A stretch of 64,000 nt of DNA from an uncultured Fibrobacter sp. (GTDB lineage Bacteria > Fibrobacterota > Fibrobacteria > Fibrobacterales > Fibrobacteraceae): assembly GCF_947166265.1 (NCBI RefSeq), contig NZ_CAMVDO010000018.1, positions 1,093 through 65,092 on the forward strand, read 5' to 3'. A program made the translations under genes and the position numbers. The notes under the pieces are model-generated. The model made no database searches. It was not told the origin of the DNA and worked only from the letters and a program-made list of their open reading frames with translations. Shown in pieces: positions 53,380 to 61,464 of the stretch (its first letter is position 1; the number at the start of each line of letters is the position of its first letter).

Positions 53380-56300
53380 CTAGTCCTTTACGCAGCGAAC
53401 AGAAAACCCACGATACTTGCTGTCGCGGGACAAGTCACCGTCGCCGAGATCCATATGGTATGCGTTGAAATTATTATAGTCCGTAGAACTCCAAAAGAAC
53501 GCGAAGTAGCCTCTGTAATCGAAATAGCTACCGTCCTTGTATCCAGCAGGCAAAGCGGAAAAGCCGAATGCATTTTCGTTAGTAGAGGCGTTCGTAGAGG
53601 ACCAACCACTTGTCGATTTGAGCATTCTTCCAGCCACTGATTTTCCTCCTACGGCAGAGAGTAGGCTTTCCCACTCATCTTTATTTGGTAAATGCCAGCC
53701 TTCGGGGCAAATGCCCTGAACCGGACCAGTCAGGCCGCAGTTTTTGCCATTACCGCAATTTAGCGGATTGTCCGCATCAGACGCAAGCTTCACCGAGTCA
53801 ATAGCTGCCGCCCAGGAATAAAGGCGACCATATTTTGTGCAATTATTCCAATCGTTATTATAGCACCAATTTCCTTTTCGCATACTCGGGTAGGTTGTAC
53901 TGTCTGAATAGTTTAGGTTTTCTGCCATCCAGGTTTGTGTCCCTATGGTCACGATTTTGTAGGTCTTGAGGTCCCTTTCATCAATCATTGATCCATATTC
54001 ACCAACAAACTCAATTTTTGCTTTCCACAAGCTATTATTACACAGATATAAAGAATCTTGCGTCGCAGATAGGTGTTTTCTTATTTCACTCCTCGTTGTG
54101 TAGCTGACACATCCTTTATTAAGTGATATTTCTAGAGAATTCGCAATTCTGAATGTATCTGCATCACACACATACTTATTTTCGGCAACAACTTCTCCAT
54201 CTACAATTGCACCATCTTTTGTACAAACTTTACCATAAGTATCAGAAGACAGAGTATCCGCAAGACCCCAATAGTAGTCATACTCCCACTCGCCTTGGTT
54301 ATAATAGCTTTTTCGCTTACATATGTAGCACGTATCACCAGATTTCCCTACCGTTTTATATCTTTTTTGGGTACATGCTCCAAGATCATTTTCAATTCGA
54401 CCTCGACTTGCGCGCCACACGTTATTTTCCCAAACATAATACTTATCAGAATTTACATTTCCTTTTTTCACGTCACCATCTTTTCCGGAGCTCCAGCCGT
54501 AAGTATCATACTCCTGTTCTGTAGATTCTACCCATCCTTTCGCTTTACATGTATAATAAATGGCTCCTGATTTAGCAACCACATTAATTCGACTTTTGAC
54601 ACATGCCCCTATATTATTTTCAATGTCGCTAGCAGATGCTCGCCATTTACCATCAACAGAGACATAATAATTGCCAAGTTCGCCCTTTCTAACTTCGCCA
54701 TCTGCCGAGGCAGACCAACCTAGAGTTTCATAAGCAAGCAAATCAACGCTGTTCCAAATTTTATTCCGGCAAACATAATACTCACTATTAAATGTACCCT
54801 TATCATTCTCCCGACTAGTCACACACACGCCCAAATTATACTCAATTTCATTAGCGCTTGCTCTCCATACTCCGTTTTCATAAACATAATGGTTAGTTGC
54901 AACAACGCTCCCTTCTTTCATTTCGCCTTCGGTTCCGGCTTTCCAACCATAGGTATCATACTCAATGGCAGTCGCTTCAGTCCAACTTCCAGATTTGCAG
55001 ATATAATACACATCGTTCAACTTTTCAACAACCCCTTTGTTTGAAGCGGTGCAATACCCAAGGCCATATTCTTCTGCGGTTATCTGTTTCCAGCTCTTAT
55101 TTTCGCAGATGTAATACTTGCCATTTTGCAAATGCTTTTCGCCGTCTTTCTTCGTCACACATGCGCCAAACTCATATTCCATATCGTCAGCTGCAGCACG
55201 CCATGCGCCATCTACATACACGTAGTGGTTTGTTGCAGTGACGGAGCCTTCTTTCACTTCGCCTTCGGTTCCAGCCTTCCAGCCGTAGGTATCATATTCA
55301 AGAGCAGTAGCAATTCTCCAGTTGTTCGATTTGCAGATGTAATAGGCAGTCACGGGCTTCGCAACTTCACCTTCGCGGCTTTCGACGCAGGCGCCGAGAA
55401 TTTCTTCAACGGCGTTTTTGGCTGCACGCCAGGCACCATTTTCATAGACATAGAACTTATCCTTGTTAACCTTACCCGCGCGAACTTCGCCATCATCACC
55501 CTTGCCGAACCCGTCGGTATCGTATTCAAGCACAGTCGCAGTACGCCAGCTATTGTCTTCGCAGATAAAGTACGTCGTATCAATTTTTGCAATCTCCCCT
55601 GTACGTTTTGAGGTGCAGAGTCCCAAGGCAGTCTCGTTCTTCGCGACAGTCCACTTGCCATCTTCAAACACATAATACGTAGCCGTCACATCGCCTTTCT
55701 TGACATCGCCTTCTTTACCGTCTTTCCACTGGTAGGTATCCTTTTCGATATCCGTTGCCTTCTGCCAGCTGGTTCCCTTACAGATGTAGTGGACATTGTA
55801 GTTCTTGCTCTTTGAGTTCTTGTTTTGCGCAATTACGCCGGACCTTGTCGAAGAGCAGCCGCCCAGTTCGTAGGCATTGTTCCAGTAAATAGTCAGGTAG
55901 TTTTCGTAGGCAGGAATGTCAAGAATGTTCCAACTCTTCACGTTCGCACGGATCGAACCGCCGTCAAAGCCTTCCGCCCAGTCCGCCATGTCCGCTTTCA
56001 TCTGCCCGTTGTTCCATTCTCCGTCCTCAGCCAAATCGCTCTTGAAACTGCCAATCGCATTTTGGATTTCGGTTTCAGTCCTGTCGCCAATGAAAAGCAA
56101 CGAAATCGCCATCAGGGTGGCGTTCTCCCCATAACTTTCGCTGGTAGAAGGCACGAATGTCTTCAAGTCCTCAGAATACTCCACCGAAGTGGCAAAACCG
56201 AGCGCCGTCATAATTTCAAAGTCGGCCTGTTTCTTGGCCGCAAAAACGCTATAGCCATCGTTGACAAGCTTTGCGGCGCGATCATATTCCAAGTGTGTAA

Positions 56301-57324
56301 GCAGATTGATATTCACTTCCGTTCGTTTGCTCAAATCGGTCAGCACACGGAGCGTCATGGAATCCTTGGAATATTCGCCACTGACTTCGTTGCGCCACAG
56401 TCCACGAACTTCAAGCACCGCGTAAGGATAAACAAGATTCACCTTTGGAATCACAAAGTCGCCCTTGTTGCTGGAAATTTCGTCATTGTACACGCGACCA
56501 GAATACACGAGGGAATCGTTGCGCAGAAGGACTTCGCGGAGTTGTAGCGGAGAGTTGAACTTGAACGGTCCCTTCTGTGCCGCACCAAGAATGGAAGCGT
56601 TCTTGACAATGTATCCATCGGCGGTCTCCGGATTCCACTTTTCCGTATCGCAGGCGAAGAAGACGGAGTCTTTCTTGACTAAGACACGTTGTTTTGCATT
56701 GCCTGCATTACACCTTGGCAAATCTTCCTTTGTCTTGACAATTTCGTAACCCAAATAGACGGTATCCTTAATCCAACCATTCGCCTTGCAAGTGTAATAG
56801 GTGGAATCGGCTAACACTAACGCGCGAAGCCCAAAATCAACGGAATCGCATGGGCCCAAAGCATTCTTTGTTTTCACCTCGATGTAAGTTGCCTTCGCAG
56901 AAGAACTGGAATTACAGTCACCGCAAAGCGGGTCATCGACAACGGAGCTGCTTGAGCCTGCGACGGGGTCCACAACATTAGAATCACCCGGCACCTCAAC
57001 GGAGTCTGCCCCAGACGAAATTGCAATGCTAGAACTTGATTCAGGTCGCGTCGTGATGTCAATCCAATCATTGTTCAAGCATAGGTACTCAATGGACTTG
57101 TCCAGTACGAGAACCGTGTCACCTTTGCGGTCAGTGGTACAGGAACCGAGGTCATAGATGGTCGGAACCTCGCGTGGAGGAATTTCAACAGCATTATCAT
57201 CACTACCGTCATCACCACAAGCGAACAGAACCGCACAGCTAGAGATTGCCGCACTTGCTTTCAGCAGGTTCACAATGACACTTTTGCTAGATGCGAATGT
57301 ATTTGCAATTCTATTCCAAACCAT
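53380..57324 (-). CDS. Large FISUMP lipoprotein with G.AQ.GPF domain and six ~75-aa Cys/Trp repeats
   Basis: Start MVWN with GGAGG RBS; lipobox LFAC; repeats EYDTYGW..G..GEV..G.V...YV...G.WRA...LG.C...YYIC...W; C-terminal FISUMP. Confidence 0.88.
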   Translation of the reverse strand: MVWNRIANTFASSKSVIVNLLKASAAISSCAVLFACGDDGSDDNAVEIPPREVPTIYDLGSCTTDRKGDTVLVLDKSIEYLCLNNDWIDITTRPESSSSIAISSGADSVEVPGDSNVVDPVAGSSSSVVDDPLCGDCNSSSSAKATYIEVKTKNALGPCDSVDFGLRALVLADSTYYTCKANGWIKDTVYLGYEIVKTKEDLPRCNAGNAKQRVLVKKDSVFFACDTEKWNPETADGYIVKNASILGAAQKGPFKFNSPLQLREVLLRNDSLVYSGRVYNDEISSNKGDFVIPKVNLVYPYAVLEVRGLWRNEVSGEYSKDSMTLRVLTDLSKRTEVNINLLTHLEYDRAAKLVNDGYSVFAAKKQADFEIMTALGFATSVEYSEDLKTFVPSTSESYGENATLMAISLLFIGDRTETEIQNAIGSFKSDLAEDGEWNNGQMKADMADWAEGFDGGSIRANVKSWNILDIPAYENYLTIYWNNAYELGGCSSTRSGVIAQNKNSKSKNYNVHYICKGTSWQKATDIEKDTYQWKDGKEGDVKKGDVTATYYVFEDGKWTVAKNETALGLCTSKRTGEIAKIDTTYFICEDNSWRTATVLEYDTDGFGKGDDGEVRAGKVNKDKFYVYENGAWRAAKNAVEEILGACVESREGEVAKPVTAYYICKSNNWRIATALEYDTYGWKAGTEGEVKEGSVTATNHYVYVDGAWRAAADDMEYEFGACVTKKDGEKHLQNGKYYICENKSWKQITAEEYGLGYCTASNKGVVEKLNDVYYICKSGSWTEATAIEYDTYGWKAGTEGEMKEGSVVATNHYVYENGVWRASANEIEYNLGVCVTSRENDKGTFNSEYYVCRNKIWNSVDLLAYETLGWSASADGEVRKGELGNYYVSVDGKWRASASDIENNIGACVKSRINVVAKSGAIYYTCKAKGWVESTEQEYDTYGWSSGKDGDVKKGNVNSDKYYVWENNVWRASRGRIENDLGACTQKRYKTVGKSGDTCYICKRKSYYNQGEWEYDYYWGLADTLSSDTYGKVCTKDGAIVDGEVVAENKYVCDADTFRIANSLEISLNKGCVSYTTRSEIRKHLSATQDSLYLCNNSLWKAKIEFVGEYGSMIDERDLKTYKIVTIGTQTWMAENLNYSDSTTYPSMRKGNWCYNNDWNNCTKYGRLYSWAAAIDSVKLASDADNPLNCGNGKNCGLTGPVQGICPEGWHLPNKDEWESLLSAVGGKSVAGRMLKSTSGWSSTNASTNENAFGFSALPAGYKDGSYFDYRGYFAFFWSSTDYNNFNAYHMDLGDGDLSRDSKYRGFSVRCVKD

Positions 57325-57431
57325 GAAAGCCTCCATCGGCAAATACCCTAGGAAAATTTGCACTTAAAAAATAAATTTATAACTCGGAATAAAACGAGCG
57401 TAAGGGAAATATGTTCCTTGTTTTTAACCAC

Positions 57432-57461
57432 AAAGGGACGCATCGCTGCAGTCCACTTTTT
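57432..57461. terminator. Terminator-like hairpin, homologous to 57606-57635
   Basis: GGACGCA-tcgc-TGCAGTCC-ACTTTTT. Confidence 0.45.
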
Positions 57462-57605
57462 GTAATACAGGTTATTTCTTTTCAGAGATTACCTGAAAAT
57501 CCTTATAGATTGCGGAATCCGCTATCCACTTCAACAAAGCCCTACAACCGCGATAAATGAACAAGCCTTTTTCATTCCAGTCTCCTGTTTTGTTAGAAAG
57601 ATAAG

Positions 57606-57635
57606 AAAAAGGGCCGCATCGCTGCGGTCCCTTTT
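57606..57635. terminator. Bidirectional terminator downstream of the displaced sdhB allele
   Basis: AAAAAGGGCCGCA-tcgc-TGCGGTCCCTTTT. Confidence 0.8.
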
Positions 57636-57652
57636 ATAATGCTTTGGTTCCT

Positions 57653-57745
57653 ATCGGGGCTACGCCCCTCCAGGATGACACAGGAAAGGTCGGTGAGCCT
57701 GCCGAACCGACTATTCAGTTCACTTCGGCAAGCTCAGTGAACTTG
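57653..57745. repeat. REP-like cluster
   Basis: CCTATCGGGGCTACGCCCCTCCAGGATGAC; GGTGAGCCTGCCGAACC; GTTCACTTCGGCAAGCTCAGTGAAC. Confidence 0.6.
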
Positions 57746-58506
57746 CTAGTCCTTACCATAAACCTTTTCGGCGTAGGTCACGGTAGCGCCGAGGTATTCG
57801 CGGTTCATCTTGGCGATGTAATCCACGGTGATACCCTTCGGGCATGCGGCCTGGCATTCGTAAAGGTTCGTGCAGTTGCCGAAGCCTTCCTTGTCCATCT
57901 GGGCGACCATGGCGAGCACACGCTTCTTCGCCTCGACCCTATGACGACCGTTCGCGCTAGACGCATAAAAAAAACTCTAATTAGCGCTCACTCTCGCCAA
58001 CACGACTCGTCAATACGAGTCGCTTTTGGCTCACAGCCTGCGGCAAGAAGCTGAGGTGAGACACCTTCGCAGAAACGAAGAGCATCGCGGAAGCGTTCTT
58101 ACAGGCAGCCACGCAAGCACCGCAACCGATACAAGCGGCAGCGTCAAAGGCGCGGTCGGCATCAGCCTTGGGAACCGGGATCACAGATGCTTCAGGAGCG
58201 GCACCGGTGTTCACGGACACGAAACCACCGGCAGCGATGATGCGGTCGAAAGCGGTACGGTCCACGGCGCAGTCACGGATAACCGGGAATGCGGCGGCGC
58301 GCCACGGTTCGATCACGATGGTGTCGCCATCCTTGAACTTCCTTTTTCCCCTTCCTTGCCCTGCTTCATCTGTTCTTCGTTCACAATGTCGAGCATTTCC
58401 AAGAAGGACATGTCCGGAGAAACATCGTTGATCTTGACAGTTTCGAACTGTCCCTTGGTCTTGGCATCCTTCTGACGCCAAATCTTCAAAGTCAAATTCA
58501 GTCCGC
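57746..58506 (-). pseudogene. sdhB: Near-full-length second allele of sdhB/frdB, inactivated
   Basis: Colinear with 60688-61460; lacks ATG; 115 bp (Cys cluster) replaced by 9 bp at 58341-58349; 98-bp insertion at 57939-58036. Confidence 0.95.
57939..58036. mobile_element. 98-bp hairpin-containing insertion (MITE/REP-like) in the sdhB pseudogene
   Basis: Absent from intact sdhB, where TTGC occupies the site; internal hairpin CGACTCGT-caat-ACGAGTCG; ends CTATGA / TCACAG. Confidence 0.55.
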
Positions 58507-58514
58507 CGCCGCTG

Positions 58515-58662
58515 ACGCGGCATTTTCTTTTGTGCGTTCCCCACTGGCATGGGTCGGGCTATATTCTGGGGGCAATCGGCTGCGCTTTCGCTTGCCGCTC
58601 ACCTCCCAGAACCAAGCCTCGCTACGCGAGTCTTGTCCCCAAGGGGTCACTATCCATAACGC
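58515..58662. repeat. Composite palindromic element, copy C
   Basis: ACGCGGCATTTTCTTTTGTGCGTTCCCC..GGGTCGGGCTATA...GTCACTATCCATAACGC; abuts the 5' break of the sdhB pseudogene. Confidence 0.7.
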
Positions 58663-58681
58663 AGATGCAAATGTAACACAG

Positions 58682-59173
58682 CTATTTCAAATTCTCAACG
58701 AACGAATTCAAAAGAGCTTCGCTGATATGTCTTTTGGACAACCGAAGGATTTCGGCGCAAGCCAAGGCTTCCTCTTTATTCAGCAAACCGTTCTCATTGG
58801 CAGCAATCAAGATGCCTATCGTTCCGGTAATACGGAGTTTCATCGTCGTGGCGACGTGCCTTGCACGAACTTCATCCACAATCAAAAGGTCACTCTTGTT
58901 TTCGTCGGAATAAACGATAGCTTCACTTTCGCCAAGATCCAAGCCAGTTACACGCATCAACATGCAAACTGCTTGGCTATTGCCAACAGACACTTTTTTG
59001 AAAAACTCACAGGATTTCACCTGTTCAGCTTCGTCCCAAAATTCCTGATTTGAAGTTAATTCTTCATAAACAGCCTCTGGAAGAAGGACTTCGCCAAACA
59101 ATTTTCCAAGAATGTCAAGACGATTAATTTTAAGGAAAGAAATTATCGGAGTTGCATCAGATACGACAATCAT
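58682..59173 (-). CDS. PIN-domain (DUF3368-like) putative toxin
   Basis: MIVVSDATPII, LPEAVYEEL, LDLGESEAI, LLIVDE..AR, ITGTIGIL. Confidence 0.88.
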   Translation of the reverse strand: MIVVSDATPIISFLKINRLDILGKLFGEVLLPEAVYEELTSNQEFWDEAEQVKSCEFFKKVSVGNSQAVCMLMRVTGLDLGESEAIVYSDENKSDLLIVDEVRARHVATTMKLRITGTIGILIAANENGLLNKEEALACAEILRLSKRHISEALLNSFVENLK

Positions 59174-59175
59174 CC

Positions 59176-59448
59176 TTACCTCTTGGAAAGGAGTTCCATA
59201 ACGTTGGCAGCATCCTGCTCGGCTTCTTCCCAACTCTGATCGATATAGGGAATACCTTCGCTCCCATAAAGTTCAATTAGTTCCCATTTGGAGATACCCA
59301 AAATTTCGGCAGCACGACCATGGGAAATGGTCTCGTTCTTGATAAATGGATACAACAGCAACGCATTGCGGCGGAGTTCGTCGCTCTTGTTATCGCATAC
59401 CATGAGGTCTGCAATATCTTCTGGAATGTCCATTGTTACTGTCGGCAT
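59176..59448 (-). CDS. UPF0175-family putative antitoxin
   Basis: 90 aa; ISHGRAAEILGISKWELIELY..GIPY; 2 bp upstream of the PIN gene. Confidence 0.88.
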   Translation of the reverse strand: MPTVTMDIPEDIADLMVCDNKSDELRRNALLLYPFIKNETISHGRAAEILGISKWELIELYGSEGIPYIDQSWEEAEQDAANVMELLSKR

Positions 59449-59479
59449 GGAAAACCTCCACTACCAATATATATTTTTA

Positions 59480-59644
59480 TCAAGAAAAAGGCAACCCCGC
59501 CAGTTTAAGCAACGCCGTTAGATGCAGTTCCTTGAGAATTTCTTCTGCAGAGTAACGCTTGGCGGACACTACAGTTTGTTGTTCCGCCTCGTGCAACTTG
59601 GCATAAATTTCTTCTTCAGATTGGTGTTGGGCATCTGTTTGCAT
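59480..59644 (-). other. 54-codon ORF resembling the C-terminal half of a Phd/YefM-type antitoxin (probable remnant)
   Basis: Manual translation MQTDAQHQSEEEIYAKLHEAEQQTVVSAKRYSAEEILKELHL... Confidence 0.35.
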
Positions 59645-59680
59645 ACGTTTGCGGCAACTAAAAAATTTTCATAAGGAGTC

Positions 59681-60361
59681 TCATTCTTTTATGCATCTAA
59701 CAGCCTGCCAAAAACTTGTATTGCCAACTTCTGCAATTCGTTCAATACTCAATGATCTCATAAGAATCGAATTTTTCATAGTAGTTGACGAATACACCGC
59801 TCCCATATGAAGACGATCACAATCCGTTATATTTAGACAAAAACCAGATGGAAGAGCAGCAAATCCACAATCATTAGAACCAACGCCCCTATTTTCATTC
59901 CATAGACCATTGATTTTGAGTTGAGATGCGGCCTCTTCTTTATCACTGCTCATATTATTCAAAAGTTTATTAAAATCTTCCTCACTTGGCATACGCCATC
60001 CTTTGGGGCAAATCGCAGGAATTATGTCAACATCAAAAGTTTCATTTTGATTTCCATTTAAACGCAAGGAATACAACCTACCATAAATTTCACAATTTTC
60101 AGGATTGTTGTCATAGCACATGCTATACTCTACATTATAATTCAAATTTTTTGCCATCCAAACCTGGTCTCCAATGGTAGTATACTCATACACCTGACCA
60201 TCACGAGCATCTACAAATGTCCCTCGATTGGGTTCACCGTATAAATTTGTACCGGTATCTGGGCACACTTCGCTAGCACTCCATTTATCATCCGCATCCG
60301 TCGTGCAGGCGATCAACACAAACTGAAAGACAATCACAATTAGTAGTATATTTCTTTTCAC
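59681..60361 (-). CDS. Small FISUMP lipoprotein
   Basis: GTG start, lipobox LIAC, DARDGQVY.YTTIGDQVWMAKNLNY, CPKGWRMP, AVRCIKE; AT-rich. Confidence 0.88.
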   Translation of the reverse strand: MKRNILLIVIVFQFVLIACTTDADDKWSASEVCPDTGTNLYGEPNRGTFVDARDGQVYEYTTIGDQVWMAKNLNYNVEYSMCYDNNPENCEIYGRLYSLRLNGNQNETFDVDIIPAICPKGWRMPSEEDFNKLLNNMSSDKEEAASQLKINGLWNENRGVGSNDCGFAALPSGFCLNITDCDRLHMGAVYSSTTMKNSILMRSLSIERIAEVGNTSFWQAVRCIKE

Positions 60362-60454
60362 TTTATCAACCTTAATTAAAAATTCATTCTCGCAAAATAT
60401 AGTTTTTCATTCATACTTTGATATATCTTCTGAGATTCACCTCCCCCACCATAA

Positions 60455-60488
60455 AAAAAGAGAACTGCCGTTAAGCAGTCCTCTTTTT
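60455..60488. terminator. Terminator downstream of sdhCAB
   Basis: AAAAAGAG-A-ACTGC-cgttaa-GCAGT-C-CTCTTTTT. Confidence 0.7.
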
Positions 60489-60496
60489 AATGCTTT

Positions 60497-60687
60497 AGAT
60501 TGCTTCGTCGCCTTACGGCTCCTCGCAATGACGTGTTAATCGGCGACGCTCACCCCTCAAAGGGAGCGGAGCGACCGACCTCACACCTCATACCTATTAG
60601 TCGTTCGCCAAGTTGCTACGCAACTTGCCGCAAGACTCGCGGCGCCTTGGTCATGAGCAAGCGAGCTTGCTCGCGACGCTCGGCTTG
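60497..60687. repeat. REP-like cluster downstream of sdhB
   Basis: AGATTGCTTC..TCGCAATGAC (60497-60532), CTCAAAG..CGACCTCA..CCTCATACCT, AAGTTGC-tac-GCAACTT, GAGCAAGCGAGCTTGCTC. Confidence 0.7.
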
Positions 60688-61464
60688 CTAGTCCTTGCCA
60701 TAAACCTTTTCGGCGTAGGTCACGGTGGCGCCGAGGTATTCGCGGTTCATCTTGGCGATGTAATCCACGGTGATACCCTTCGGGCATGCGGCCTGGCATT
60801 CGTAAAGGTTCGTGCAGTTGCCGAAGCCTTCCTTGTCCATCTGGGCGACCATGGCCAAGACGCGCTTCTTTGCCTCGACCTTGCCCTGCGGCAAGAAGCT
60901 GAGGTGAGAAACCTTCGCAGAAACGAAGAGCATAGCGGATGCGTTCTTACAGGCGGCCACGCAGGCACCGCAACCAATGCAAGCGGCAGCGTCGAAGGCG
61001 CGGTCGGCATCAGCCTTGGGAACCGGAATCGTGGAAGCTTCAGGAGCGGCACCGGTGTTGACGGAAACGAAACCACCGGCAGCGATGATGCGGTCGAAAG
61101 CGGTACGGTCCACGGCGCAGTCACGGATAACCGGGAATGCGGCGGCGCGCCACGGTTCGATCACGATGGTGTCGCCATCCTTGAACTTGCGCATGTGAAG
61201 CTGGCAAGTGGTGGTCGCATGGTCAGGACCGTGCGGCATACCGTTGATGACGAGAGAGCACATGCCACAGATACCTTCGCGGCAGTCGTGGTCGAAGGCG
61301 AAGCCTTCCTTGCCCTGCTTCATCTGTTCTTCGTTCACGATGTCCAGCATTTCCAGGAAGGACATGTCCGGAGAAACATCGTTGATCTTGACAGTTTCGA
61401 ACTGTCCCTTGGTCTTGGCATCCTTCTGACGCCAAATCTTCAAAGTCAAATTCAGTCCGCTCAT
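60688..61464 (-). CDS. sdhB: Succinate dehydrogenase/fumarate reductase Fe-S subunit
   Basis: [12 protein letters not shown] (2Fe-2S), [24 protein letters not shown]. Confidence 0.96.
   Translation of the reverse strand: MSGLNLTLKIWRQKDAKTKGQFETVKINDVSPDMSFLEMLDIVNEEQMKQGKEGFAFDHDCREGICGMCSLVINGMPHGPDHATTTCQLHMRKFKDGDTIVIEPWRAAAFPVIRDCAVDRTAFDRIIAAGGFVSVNTGAAPEASTIPVPKADADRAFDAAACIGCGACVAACKNASAMLFVSAKVSHLSFLPQGKVEAKKRVLAMVAQMDKEGFGNCTNLYECQAACPKGITVDYIAKMNREYLGATVTYAEKVYGKD

Noticed and set aside
57981-58550. 189-aa minus-strand ORF with a [11 protein letters not shown] ferredoxin motif as a new gene
   Set aside because: It is a chimeric reading frame across the sdhB pseudogene, the flanking repeat and the 98-bp insertion.
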